64,000 bases of DNA from assembly GCF_009914755.1 (NCBI RefSeq), contig NC_060929.1, one strand, 5' to 3'. Each line of letters opens with the position of its first letter. The stretch's first letter is position 1. The position numbers and the translations under genes are program-made. The DNA comes from the human T2T-CHM13v2.0 reference genome, Homo sapiens. The notes below the pieces were generated by a model. It worked only from the letters and a program-made list of their open reading frames with translations, was not told where the DNA came from and searched no databases. Shown piece after piece: positions 13,401 to 31,699 of this stretch.

Positions 13401-14957
13401 AATCACTCTTCTATGTCAGTCGTTTTCCAAAACTGTCCAGATTTCTTCAAATCCTATACAATCTCTTTGGTAAAATTGCTTTGTGTCTCCTAATGGAATT
13501 CTTCAATAAATTGGCAGAGATGTACTTCACTTACTATTCTATAAGTGCCGATAAGATTAAGCATGGTTCTTGCCAAATGGTTCATGATCCAAATTAGAAA
13601 GGAAGACAGAATATATAAACACAGAGGAATTCAGGAACATGTTCATTTCATGCCTGGATTGTCCTGCTGAATTATTGTATACGTAATTTCGATGGAAAGC
13701 ATTTAAGAAAGAAACTTTACGTTTACCGTAGAGACCTGCACACATTGTTGGCATGAAATAAATAATCAACATTGATAACAGCCAAAATTCAGGCAATGTG
13801 TTCTCAATAAAATACATTTGTCTCTTGATTCGGCACATATGCTATTAATAAATGTTTTCTTACCTACAATATTAGGCTTAGTTTATTGTTACACTTCCAA
13901 AATACATAAACCCAAATCAGGGCTACAAAGGTTATTTTCATTTGTTCTATGTAACTTGTCAATAACAACAAGGTACAAAGTTATACAGCGTGGGAATATA
14001 TAACTAGGGTAGTTGACAGTGCTTAAAGAAAGTAAATTCTTCCTAAATTTGTCCTTCCCTTGCATAAACAGTATTAAAAAAATAAAGTCTTGCAGAAAGA
14101 CAGCAATAAAAAAAATGACCTGGTTTTCTATGCCCAAGTTCTCAGTACTTTCAGAGCATAAGTTAAATGTCTCAGCTTTTCCACCGTGCAATTCAGAGAA
14201 TGTGGTGGGAACAGAACATGAAGGCAACTCAGCTGGAAAATATCTTAGATGAAATATTTTTGTCGAGCACTTTTCTCATGTGAATTTGCCTCTGATTTGG
14301 TATATACCAGTTGCCAGAGCATGGCATTCATTTTACCTCATGTCTTGAGGATTTTTTTTTTTAATCAACAAACTGTTACATAAACCAACAGGACAAAAAT
14401 GAAAACAAAGCACCCGGGTTTGTGTTTAACAGGAGCTCTATGTCTTATGCGGTCAATAGACAAGAGTCAAGCTTTAATATCCTCAAAGTTCCTTTCATGT
14501 GATAAAATGGCAATAAGGAAAACTCCTTAAGGCTGTCTGCCTAGTTTGCCTTCTTCTCAAAATCAGATTCATTATTACCCACAAGGATTCATCTGTATTT
14601 TTTAAAGATACACATCAAGTTTGATCTCTTGTTATTCGAATTGAATAATAACAACCTAAATATTAAAAGCATGTTTTCCCCAGATGTGCTGATGTCTCAA
14701 TAGGTTCTTTTTTATGTCAAGGGAAACAAGGTACGTACAACCGCTTATCAGATTTACAACTTATAAAACTGATGTCCTGGACAAAACAACAGCTTATCCA
14801 GTAGGTGTCATCTGATAAAAAAATATTTCACATACACACAAGAAAGGAGAACCATATGAATATGTGATAGCTAGAAAAACACTCTAAAAATTAACCCTTT
14901 AAATGACGAAACAAACTAAAGACATCTTGACCCCATTAAGAGTTGACGTTGCAGTAC

Positions 14958-15072
14958 ACTGGTTCTCAAGGGATCTCAAATTTCACTGTTCTGGAATAGG
15001 GCCAAGCCTCAAGATTTGTTTTTTAAGTTCCACAGGTGATTCTCATGTGCAGTTAAAGGTGGGCACCAATGT
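14958..15072. mobile_element. MER5A-like hAT-Charlie fragment
   Basis: ctggttctcaag...gatttgttttttaagttccacaggtgattctcatgtgcag. Confidence 0.6.
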
Positions 15073-15964
15073 GCTATATTAACAAGGAAAACTAAAATGG
15101 TGAATGAGATAAAACCCCAAACATATAACTCCTAGTATTCTGAAAATATAATTCTCAGAATACAGTAATTGATCAAAAGGAAAAAAAAGAGGGCCTTAAA
15201 AATGTAACCCTGGTCATCCAAATGGTCATTTAACTTTATTTAACATTGATCAATAACCGACCACGTTTCTGTGGAGATGAATCTTCCAAAGTACTGTCAG
15301 TGCCTTCCCACACCACCAGCTCCACCATAATCTCATAAACCCCCTCCCACAGAGTACTAAAGTATGTTTTTCTTTCAGGTATTGCTGTTCTAGCTGGACT
15401 GAATCTGGCTCCAAAGTTTTCAGAAATCACACAGGACACAAATGATGTAATCATAAAATGCGTATTTATTATGGCAATGCTGATGCCGTCCTAGAATCCA
15501 TTCCTAGGAGATTAGCCTACAAAAAAAAGAGAGACAATCTCTGCTGAAAATATATTAATTGAAGTACTAGAACCCTTTGTTTGCTCAAGGACCCAGAATT
15601 TCACATTTAGTAACAGTAACCAAGACTCTAGGGTATGCAGGGAAAGAGTGAGTTCATCAAGACGTAGTCATTAAAGCCTCACTTCTAGTACCAATGAACC
15701 TATAGTTTATGCAGTCACAAAAAGAAGAGAAAAAGGAAAACAGCCCAGATCAGTATTAAATCATTTAAACCTCACTTTTAAGTTTGTAAGCAATTCTACT
15801 TCAACTTAGTCAGAAAACACAACTGTCCACTGTTACCCTTATTCCACAAAGAAATATGAATTCTGTCTCTTTGCTATACCTCCTAAAGAAGAACTGGTGT
15901 CATAATGTACCTTCCAATAAAGACAACTAAAATTAAATACAAAGGATATGGTGGGGGGTCATTA

Positions 15965-16115
15965 ATTTTCAGTACTTGCCCATTTTTGTGGTGTAAATAT
16001 TCCCAATCATGGCAGAGTTCAAGCTACCAAAGTGATGTGAGCCAGGTAGCAAAAGTCCCGAAAATGTAACGATGTACTCTGATGAGCTAATAAAGGGGAC
16101 ATCAGCATACCACTG
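15965..16115 (-). mobile_element. MER63-like hAT-Blackjack DNA transposon
   Basis: gtgtaaatattcccaatcatggcagagttcaagctaccaaagtgatgt and terminal cagcataccactg. Confidence 0.65.
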
Positions 16116-19100
16116 TCCATTAGCATTCAGTTTATCTTACCTAGTCACTATTGTATATATGCTAGAAGCATGATCTTATAGAAGAAATCATTATCTACTC
16201 AAAAATGCTTAAATGTATTGAGCTTACAGTTCATAGGGAGATATTCTTTGAAGAAGAAACTCCCCAACCAAGACTTACGCCTTTATTTCATGCTGCCTGC
16301 TCTATTTCTAGACCCTCATAGGAATCAACAAGGATTGACAATCTCACTCCCTCATTCTTAAGAAAAATTTTAACTCAGTAGTTTTGATTTGGGCATGGTT
16401 TTGCGGTATTATACAATGCCAAATGCTGTCAGCATCCTAGCTCTTCAGGTCCAGGAATTTTGCAGCCCTAGAGGAACAATCACAATGTCGAAGTACTCAT
16501 TACAGACCACTGTTAATGAACCAGACACTCTCCATCAAGCAGGAGCCAGGCTACTCCGATGGTGGAAAGTACTAGAATGACATTCCAGAATTTCTCATTA
16601 GTAATTATACAAAGCAGAAGGATATTCTGTAACATAAATTGCAATTTAGATCAATTGCATGGCTTTATGAAATTAGTGTTAAATCAATAACCAAATGTTT
16701 ATTTACATAAGTTTTATGTGTTTTATGTAATAAAAGAAATCATATTTTTAACAAATTCTTTTTTGAAGTTAGGGGGAAACTTCCATTCTCTTGGATCTTA
16801 TATAATGTCAGCCCATTATCAGTGGGTAATAGAAAAATGATAAAAAAGGGGATGGGCGAAGAATATTTAACATTTAGTAGTTTGTGTGGTTTAGTTGTAA
16901 TTAGTCTATTCAGTTATTTTCCCACAAGTCTTTCTGGGTCTCCTTAGGAGAGGGATGAGAACTAAGAGGCAAAGAGAGATGGAGGTTTTCACCAGGTTTT
17001 TAGATAAATTCTTGGTTATTTGTCCCTTACCAATACCTCTAGTCATAGATAGTTGGAAGTCATCACTCACCTAACAAAAGACTAAAGAGGTATTGAGGGA
17101 AGAAACCACCATTTAACTATATCTGAAACAGATGAATTTAGTGCAGGTTCACATAGTGCAAAATGCACTCTCTCAAACAAAGCAAAGGTCCAATCTCGTA
17201 TTGGGTTCAAGGAATGCATAAAGTTCAGGGATTGGCTGATTTTTGGAAATAGGAGTGTATTGGTATTGGCTTTCATTGTGGAGTTTGGCGACTGGTTAAC
17301 TTTCAGAAGCATGAGTTCCAGAGCAACACTGCTGCTGGTTGTCTGGAAAGGGTTAATAACCCATTTTTTGGTTACTTGTCTACAACTTGAGACTAAGACC
17401 AAAGAATAGTCGTTCTTTACTTCCTTTCATTAACTTGGAAAATAGGAACATTTCAGTCTCAGAAAAAAATCAGGAACAGTGATTGTTACAGTTAAGTATA
17501 GAATTTCTTATAGATCATACAATCCTATTACATTTATTGGAAAATATGTGTAGTCTTAAAAAATTAAGATTTTTTACTTTATTAATAAACAATGTTGTTT
17601 ACTAATATGTTAATAATATATTATGTTTTTATAATTAATCATCAAATCACTAATAACTCCATTATAAGTGATTAGATTTAGGCTTTCAAAAATAAATTGT
17701 ATGGTATATATTTGAGATTGATGAGGAAGTATGCCTAATGTGAACAACCAAAGTTAAAATATTAAAATATGGGCTACTGCATGAAATCATTTCAGGGGTT
17801 TTTAATCCCACTTTTATCTATTTCTACAAATGGAAATTTAGGATTCAGCTAGACCTGTCCAAAATCCAACTCTATTATTCACTAGATATGTGCTATATTT
17901 TCTTCATTAATAAAAACAAAAATAATTTTTAAGGTTTGAGAAGCAACATATAGAATAAATTTCTGCCTTCATATGTAACACATTGCTAAAATTATAAACA
18001 GAAATGAAATGTAAGAATATTAAATTATTCTATGTCAAGACTGTTGTTAAATAATAATGATGATGTTGACTATGAAGATTTAAAAATTTTTAAAACTCTG
18101 GTTATGACTTGCAATATATTTCTATTATTTTTATATAAGGTTTTTATTTTCTTCACAATTGACATCACAGGCTGAGACAGAAGTTTTACTACTTTCAGCT
18201 AAGGCTGGCAGCAAACGAACTACCTGCCTTCAGGAATGAAACCTGATCTATTTCTTCTCTTTCTTCCTCTCACTTTACTTTTCTTTTTCCCTTACTTTAA
18301 CTGCTCATTTCTTAGACTTCCAGGACCAAACATGTGGCAAGATAAAGAAGAGATAAAAGAAATGGGAAAGTTATTTCTTGTATGAACTGTCCCATCATCT
18401 TTAGGCCCAGCAGAAAATTAAAGAGGCTTGTTTTCTCATAGGTGCTTTTGTAGGTTCGGTGGAGATTTTCATGCTGTACACCTCCAACTGCAATTCCCTT
18501 GACCAAGGCAGTGCGTACCTTGGCTGGCCCTAATGCTTATGTGCTCCTGACCTCTGTGTTATACCCCTTAGCCACTTACGCTGGGGTTCTTAGATAAGAC
18601 AGAACTGCTTCTTCTGCAGGACCTCATGTTTAAATGACTCCAGGCTAACATTCCCACTGAATTTTTCCCATGGCTTCAATTCATGCATCTTCGGCCCCAT
18701 AAAAGAAGCACATAGAGAAACTTTCCAAATGCAGTACTTTTCACTAAAAGGCTGCTTTAACTTACTTAGATGTGACTCAGATACAAGTCCACTCTGTTCT
18801 CCGATTATAAGAAATGTACATCAAGCTCTGTGAGCTTCTGAATCTCTGAATCCCTATCACAAAACTTGAGGTGAAGACACCTTTCCAACAACACCCATAT
18901 TTCCCACAGGGGTGGGTATCCACAGCATTCAGCATTCTCTCCAACATTTCTCCTCAAAAAGGCTGGCTCTCTCCCCACTTTCTTGGTCCTCAACATGGGT
19001 TTGAGAGTCATCTCTTTGGTTCTCAGATGAGAGATTAGTCTCACAATTCATTCTTGAGTGTAGCCCTGAATGTCTTCAAATCTCCGCAAAAACTGAGAGA

Positions 19101-19846
19101 AGAGTCCTGTTTAACTTCCTGTTATACATATTAAAGCACAATGACCCCAGACAGAATATCATCTCTGTTGTGGGCTGTACATTGTATTGATCACAAAGTG
19201 GTACCTTCTCCAAAATATCCATTTCCTACATATCAGCTCATTCTGCATCTTTTCAGTTCCTAGTTATTTTTTTTCAGTGACATACTTTCTTTACTTTTTT
19301 CATCACTATAATCTTATTAAAAATCTTCCAAATACTTATATTTTGCTTTAATTTTCAGCTCAAAAAAACTTTCAGATAGCTGAACAAAAGGCAGCAGAAA
19401 CTTCTGCAGACTTAAACATCCCTGTCTGACAGCTTTGAAGAGAGTAGTGGTTCTCCTAGCACAGAGTTTGAGATCTGAGAATGGACAGACTGCTTCCTCA
19501 AGTGGGTCTCTGACCCCCGAGTAGCCTAACTGGGAGACATCTCCCAGTAGGGGCCGACTGACACCTCATACAACTGGATGCCCCTCATACAGCTGGGAGA
19601 CAAAGCTTCCAGAGGAAGGATCAGGCAGCAACATTTGCTGTTCTGCAATATTTGCTGTTCTGCAGCCTCCACTAGTGATACCCAGGGAAACAGGGTCTGG
19701 AGTGGACCTCCAGCAAACTCCAACAGACCTGCAGCTGAGGGTCCTGACTGTTAGAAGGAAAACTAACCAACAGAAAGGACCTCCACAACAAAACCCCATC
19801 TGTATGTCACCATCACCAAAGACCAAAGGTAGATAAAACCACAAAG

Positions 19847-20844
19847 ATGGGGAGAAACCAGAACAGAAAAGCTGAGAACTCTAAAAATCAGAGCTCCTCT
19901 TCTCCTCCAAAGGAACGCAGCTCCTCGCCAGCAATGGAACACAGCTGGATGGACAATGACTTTGACAAGTTGACAGAAGAACGATCGGTAATAACAAACT
20001 TCTCCGAGCTAAAGGAGGATGTTCTAACCCATCACAAAGAAGCTAAAAACCTTAAAAAAAGATTAGACGAATGGCTAACCAGAATAAACAGCATAGAGAA
20101 GACCTTAAATGGCCTGACTGAGCTGAAATCCATGGCACGAGAACTACGTGATGCATGCACAAACTTCAGTAGCTGGTTCGATCAATCAGTGATTGAAGAT
20201 CAAATGAATGAAATGAAGCCAGAAGAGAAGTTTAGAGAAAAAAGAGTAAAAGAAACGAGCAAAGCCTCCAAGAAATATGGGACTATATGAAAAGACCAAA
20301 TCTACGTCTCATTGGTATACCTGAAAGTGATGGGGAGAATGCAACCAACTTGGAAAACACTCTTCAGGATATTATCCAGGAGAACTTCCCCAACCTAGCA
20401 AATCAGGCCAACATTCAAATGTAGGAAATACAGAGAATGCCACAAAGATACTCCTTGAGAAGAGCAACTCCAAGACACATAACTGTCAGATTCACCAAAG
20501 TTAAAATGAAGGAAAAAATGTTAAGGGCAGCCAGAGAGAAAGGTCATGTTACCTACAAAGGGAAGCCCATCAGACTAACAGCAGATCTCTTGGCAGAAAC
20601 TCTACAAGCCAGAAGAGAGTGGGGGCCAACATTCAACATTCTTGAAGAAAAGAATTTTCAACCCAGAATTTCATATCCAGCCAAATTAAGCTTCATAAGT
20701 GAATGAGAAGAAAATATTTTACAGACAAGCAAATGCTGAGATTTTGTCACCACCAGGCCTGCCTTACAATAGCTCCTGAAGGAAGCACTAAACATGGAAA
20801 GGAACAACTGGTACCAGCCACTGCAAAAACATGCCAAATGGTAA
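19847..20844 (+). pseudogene. L1 ORF1p (RNA-binding/chaperone), disrupted
   Basis: ORF pieces MGRNQNRKAENSKNQ... and MPQRYSLRRATPRHITVRFTKV..., with a frameshift near 20250, a TAG near 20421 and small deletions. Confidence 0.95.
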
Positions 20845-20907
20845 AGACCATCGATGCTAGGAATAAACTGCATCAACTAACGAGCAAAATAACCAGCTAG
20901 CATCATA

Positions 20908-24706
<3,799 letters not shown>

Positions 24707-24945
24707 ACAATGGGAACACTTGGACACAGGATAGGGAACATCATACACTGGGGACTGTCTTGGGGTGGGAGGAGGGAGGAGGGATAGCATTAGGAGATAT
24801 ACCTAATGTAAATGACGAGTTAATAGGGGCAGCACACCATCATGGCACATGTATACATATGTAACAAACCTGCACGTTGTGCACATGTACCCTAGAACTT
24901 AAAGTATAATAAAAAAATTAATAAAAAATTAAAAGTTCAGTGTCA

Positions 24946-25076
24946 GGCCAAGTGCAGTGGCTCACGCCTGTAATCCCCTGCACTTTTGGAAGGCGAGGCA
25001 TGTGGATCACTTGAGGTAGGGAGTTCAAGACCAGCCTGGCCAACATAATGAAACCCCATCTAAAAAAAAAAAAAAA
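24946..25076 (+). mobile_element. Alu left-arm-only monomer with A-tail
   Basis: ggccaagtgcagtggctcacgcctgtaatccc...gaccagcctggccaacataatgaaaccccatct followed directly by an A-run. Confidence 0.9.
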
Positions 25077-26829
25077 TTCAGCTCAAGAATCACTCTTGGC
25101 TTTCTCACTCTTTTCATCTGTCTCTTTTTACCTAGGTAATTTTGTTCAGTAATATTTCTCACCTACACCCATTTTGAGTCAGAATGAGTGAAAAGAAGAT
25201 GCCGTTTTCTCTGTTTCCAATTTTGGATAAATTGCTAGTCTCCTTGCAAGTAGTAATCTTTACTCATCCAGTTGTCTTTCACAAATAGAGCAAAGCAGAA
25301 TCTGCTTCTAAGTTAAACAAAAAGCAGAAATCATAATGTCAAATTATAATTGGCATATCCCAGACATAATCAATATTGCCTTTTGCAAGTTCCTCCCACA
25401 GCTAAAGCAAACCCTGGTTAGTGCTGGCCAAATCTTGACTAATTTGGCTTCAAGTTATTACCATACTTAATATCTCTGAATCAACACTGATGACTAAGAT
25501 AAAGTGAACTACAAGAAATGATCAGTCTTCAATGTGAAAACTTTTTCACTTTGTGCCAACTATTACTGGTGCACCTGTTTTATGTTCAGAGTGGGAAGAG
25601 AATCAAAAAAGACGTGGCCAATTTTGAAAAAGATGCAATGTTTTCAATGTCTCAAAATAGCTCACATACATAGCATTGCTTCCACTGCTTATTCAAACTG
25701 TGAGGCTGATTGAGCATATGTATAATGCAGGCATGCAAATCAAAAAATTACCTACATTGCTCCCACCTTACTCTCTCAGGTTCCAGTTTCCTGTATAAGA
25801 ATTGGTACTGCATCAAGTAGAGGCAGAAAGACATCAGCAGTTCAGGGAATTTTTATGAGAGGTACAAAAAGAAGTAATGTGAGAGGGCTTTAAGAATTTC
25901 TGATACTGCATTTGCAAGGGGCTCTAGAAATAATCTAGTCCGGCCCCTGTTTTTCAGATGGAGACCTCCACTATTAATTCAAGTAGATTGCACTGGATAA
26001 GCCAACATCATAGTACAATAAAGCCTCTGTCAACTGAATTACAGGAAATTAAGAAGAAATAAACTTTATATTAACTAGAGTCAGATGGATCCAAAATTGT
26101 GGTCCTAGAGCCATAACAGGGCTCGGAAATTTGTGATAAGAAGGCATTTTAAAGGATTATCGATGTTAATAAACCAATATCACTTGCCTGAGGAGCCCAC
26201 ACTGGGAAAGTGGAAATACGGAAAGGCATGTTCTAGATTCATTCTTTCTACCAATTTTGTGAAAGCCACTGACTCTCCTAGGGCTCAGGACAAAACATAG
26301 GCTTAGGTACGTGGGTGAAAACAGAGACTCTCATCTGGGAAGATCACGAATAGACTATGAGTGACTATGAGTTATGAGAGTCTGGCCAAGGATCAACCAT
26401 TAAGGGATGGGCACGCTGCAATGAGACCAAGGATGATTCAAAACTGAGGAGAAATCCTCCAGGGGAAAAATATTCAGGGTTTTAATATATCCAAGAAATA
26501 TAAGATGGAAAGTGACTAGAAATCCAGAAGGTAAGGATGCATATCCAAAGAATATTCTAAATATTATCTAGCAGAATAGTGGAGAATTTAATGATGTGAC
26601 AATTCTTTGAAGGGTGAATGTACTTTACATTATACGGGTATTATTCTGTTGACTGAAATAGTCATTTCACTTAATCTTCCAAGGGTAACTTTTTAAAATT
26701 GATACAATACCATTTTAAATAATATACCAACATTTTCTAAAACGATTAGGTCACTGTTTTTGGCAATTGATTAATAAGCTCAATTTCAAATCAACTCATT
26801 GCAGTTTAACGCAAAAACAATTTTTAACT

Positions 26830-27075
26830 ATTTGGTACAGGGCAATCAGAATACAATGGTGAACAGAACACAGGACCTGTTCTCATAGAATTTATAGTAT
26901 GACAGTGAAAACATCTACTGAGCATCTAAAAACATGGTGAACACTAGGAAATGAATGCTATGAAAATCTCCTACAAGGGAAATTCAATCTAGTCTATGAA
27001 ATCAGGAAATGTTTCCTTGGTAAATTATATATCAACTATGATTTGAAGAATTAGTATAAGTTAGCCAGGTGGAAA
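26830..27075 (-). mobile_element. L2 fragment
   Basis: gaatacaatggtgaacagaacacaggacctgttctcatagaatttatagt. Confidence 0.6.
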
Positions 27076-27099
27076 TTTGAAAATGTGGGTAGTATTTTT

Positions 27100-27260
27100 G
27101 GCTATCACCCTGCCTTCTGGTCAACTGGCAATCACAGGAATGAATTCACCAACTAACTCACTGGATTGTGGAAAATAACATATCATTTTTGTTTGAGCCA
27201 TTCTGTTTTGGGATATTTCATTATATAGCTTTCTCATGGCCTAGGCAAAGTACTGATAAG
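27100..27260 (+). mobile_element. MaLR (MLT1-like) LTR 3' end
   Basis: gaaaataacatatcatttttgtttgagccattctgttttgggatatttcattatatagc. Confidence 0.55.
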
Positions 27261-27399
27261 CTGAAAATGCTACTCCGATCAACCTGAGACACTACTGGTA
27301 TTAAAGCCTGATTTTTTAATGCTTTCATAGACTAAAAACTATGAGTACCCAATACTGAATCAGGCACTTAATTATTTTGTTGACACAATGATGAAGGGT

Positions 27400-28377
<978 letters not shown>

Positions 28378-29069
28378 TCAAATTCTTATGAGCATTTTAA
28401 AGTGTTGGCATTTTTTAAAAAAGGTATTATTTTTGCATCCAATTGATTGCTTACCCATTCTTAGACAATTCCATTTGGTTTGAGATATGGGTTAAAATGT
28501 GTGATGTTTATGGCCAATATAAATGCATGTGCATGTCTTATAGGTTGGGTAAGTTCCTCAATAGTTCATCCCTTTTCTCCCCCCTCCCCAAGGCAAGAAT
28601 CATTTGTACTAGTGCTCTTTGGGCACCAGCAAAGTCCAGTCTTTTTCAACCAATTGTTCTATAGAACATCAAAATTGTCTTTTTTGAAAAACTCAAGTAT
28701 GAATCAGTAGCAGAACTCTCCTCTGCCCACACAGTTCTCTGAATTAACTTTTCTTGTTTTTCCTCATGTTTTCCGTCTTTACTCACTGTTTTAGCTGCTG
28801 ATTATCCCTCTAAAATTCCAAGTGATATATTTCTTCTGTCTTGAATTTTCCACTTTTATATTTCTATTCTGCCTTCTACACTGCCACCTGAGTCTTCCAA
28901 CCTTCTTTCTTGGTCACTAAATCTCAACTCAAGGAGCCTCTAAATCATTCACCTATTTCCTGATTTTTTGCCTCTTCCTACAAAAACACCTGTAAATATC
29001 AGCCCACATAAATTTCTGTTGAATTTTATTGTGTCAGATGCTTCCAGGAAAAAAAATATGCTTTTGCAT

Positions 29070-29250
29070 AATCTTGAATTTTTGTGTGATTTGGCAAAGT
29101 TTTTACCTTCTTTTTGGCTTATTATACTAATATGTATATTGAGGTTAATTAAAAAATTAACTTCACAGAGTTGTGAGCATGAAATGAACTAACATAGGTT
29201 AAGCACTTAAAAGAGTGTTCATACACAGTAAGCACTATGTATTATTACCA
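29070..29250 (+). mobile_element. MIR
   Basis: ttcacagagttgtgagcatgaaatgaactaacataggttaagcacttaaaagagtg...cacagtaagcact. Confidence 0.75.
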
Positions 29251-30104
29251 TTACACACAATTTTAGAAGTTATATTTTACTATATTTTAGTTCAATGTTT
29301 AAGTGCAATAATTTTAACTATACTTAGCAAAACACACTAATTCCCACTTAATTAGAAAATGTGCTGATTATACAAATATAAATATACACTATAAAATTCT
29401 AGAGAGCCCCAGGAGACACAAAGAATCTGGCCTATTTCCAAATGGAATCTGCTTCAACACAGCAGCCTTGCTGAGGCAGTCAAACGCAGTCACTAAGTAT
29501 TAGACTAGGTAGACTCTGTGCTGGCTCCATTGACATTCACTGGAGTTTTGGCCCAACTAAGGTAGCATGAACCCTCCAATTTGGTGGCATCATCTGAAGT
29601 TCACTCCAGACTACAGGATGTGAAAAGCCATTTACTGTGCTTTCTGGAAATTTCAATCTCATGGGAAAATGATTTATTATCTAGGGAGTTATTCTGTGCA
29701 TGCCATATTATTGTCGACTTTAAAGTCCACAGAAGGTAAGAAATCACTTTAAGGTCTTACCTGCATTAAAATTAACCAGGGTGCTTCACTTTTTTCTCTA
29801 TCTCTCAAAGCTGTGTTTTAAATAGACAAGGGGGTGGTAAGGATACAGAAAATAAACTGAATTTATTTACTGTTCACAATAAACTGAACAGTCATGAACC
29901 TCATTTTACTAAAGCCACTGGCAAACTTCCTTAGTAATTGCCCACCCAACATCTCTTTCTTGACTGATAAGCTTATCCACTTTTGCAAATGTCCTAAATA
30001 GAATTCTCACTGTATGGCTGAGGTCCCTACATCATGTACAACACTTCATTCTGAGATTCTCAGAAAAGGAGCAGGTATGTCCCAAGCCCAGCTAAGACTG
30101 GCTG

Positions 30105-30306
30105 TGAACGTGGACACAGAGTGTGGAATGAAAAATACTGGAGACTCAGAGGGGTGAGGGGGGAAGGAGAATGTGGTGATGAGAAATTACTTAATGTGTA
30201 CAATGTACATTATTTGGGTGATGGATACACAAAAAGCTCAAACTTCACCACTACACAATATATTCATGGAGCAAATTTGCATTTATACCCCTTACATTTA
30301 TATAAA
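30105..30306 (+). mobile_element. L1MA-type LINE-1 3' end
   Basis: gatgagaaattacttaatgtgtacaatgtacattatttgggtgatggatacac...aacttcaccactacacaatatattcatg. Confidence 0.85.
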
Positions 30307-30420
30307 TTCATATTTCCTTCTTATACCTTATATACATATAAATACATATTATATATAATATATGTATTATATAAATATATATATTATATATATATATATG
30401 GTATAAGAAGGAAATATGAA
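30307..30420. repeat. AT-rich palindrome with 21-bp perfect inverted arms
   Basis: ttcatatttccttcttatacc (30307-30327) is the exact reverse complement of ggtataagaaggaaatatgaa (30400-30420); the interior is (TA)-rich. Confidence 0.95.
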
Positions 30421-31299
30421 CTCTGCAAAAGCAACAAGACATACATCCCCAGAAGAGAGATGGTTTAAGGAGGTGCTGTATCTCATGTTCCCAGTATGGG
30501 CACTGGGAGAAGCTTGGCCTTCAGCCGGGGCAGAGGATGAGAGGAAGAGGTATGGATTATTAACAACAGTAGAGTGACTAAGAAAGAGGTATTGGGAGCC
30601 ACACAACAGTCATGGCTTTGGATAGCTGTCAGATAGGAGAAAGATGGTTTCTTGAGCTTTTGGAAAGGAAAGTTAGGCTTAAGCAGTAGAACAAAAAAGC
30701 ATAAGGATTTAAAACACAATGAAGAAAAAATCTGTTCTTACATCCACCCTTCCTTTTTCTGTCGTCTCTTCCCTCTCAAGGCCTATTCTTACCCCTTACT
30801 CCAATAAGTCTTCTCTCTTTCTTACTATATCTCTTTTCCCTCAATGTCTCAATGTTTCTTATTTCTTCACTGGACATGATATACAATTGTATTTTTGTAT
30901 GATTTATGACATTTATATGTATGTTTCTCAGAAAATATATTAAGCTGCTTGAGGGGTTTTTTTTGGGGGGGGGGGTTAAGTCTTTTCTTTCTCTCTTTTT
31001 TTTTCTTGGCTGATGATTATTGGTTCCCCATAGAAAAAAAAAGTTACCCACCACTCTGAGTAGTTCCTTTGCTAAAGCAGTAAATTGTATGACATAATCA
31101 CCAATGTTTTAAAAGGACATGCAATTTATCCGAAGAAGTTAGTTGATTGAAGATGTGAATTAATGTACAGAAAATTAGTCTTTTGGATGGTTCACTCAAT
31201 CAGAGAGAGTTACAAAGTTGTAGAGGCAAAATGATTTCATTGACAAGTCAAAGATATTATCTCCATTTCTTCTAACTGGTTATTTTTTAAGAGAAAAAA

Positions 31300-31694
31300 A
31301 ACTGATTTTGATCACACACGTACGTATGGGAGTTCACAAAAAAATGTAACTCAAAGGAGCAGTTAGAATTGGAACTTAAATACTATCTTATTAGATGAAG
31401 AAGGAGAGGGATAAGGGAATTATGGGAAAACAAATGACTCTTATGAAATCGAAATAGAGACTAGATTGGAAGATATGATAGTTTTTGTGATTGTGTCTCC
31501 TTGGGTGTAGTTTGGAGACATTGTCTTTGGTAATCAGAGTCAATCTTCCTCAGTTGTTCCAGGGGTGAGGATTTATGACAATTGAGGTATTTTGGGAAGC
31601 TCTACTTTTAGGCAGATAAAGAGATTTCAAGAACTCAAATGCCTTCAACTCAAAATAATTTTTATGCCTTATTGTTGTAGTCTGGACCCCTTCT
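31300..31694 (-). mobile_element. ERV1 LTR (MER34 group)
   Basis: Minus strand begins gaaggggtccagac...ggcataaaaattattttgagttgaaggcatttgag. Confidence 0.7.
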
Positions 31695-31699
31695 CTAGG

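Noticed and set aside
15365-15385. Recursive splice site tttctttcag|gtattg, and strong plus-strand acceptors at 7076, 18315 and 49203
   Set aside because: The donor half is weak or no partner site was found; such motifs are common in AT-rich DNA.
17082-17402. 106-aa minus-strand ORF as a gene
   Set aside because: Non-ATG start, no recognisable domain, and a length expected by chance.
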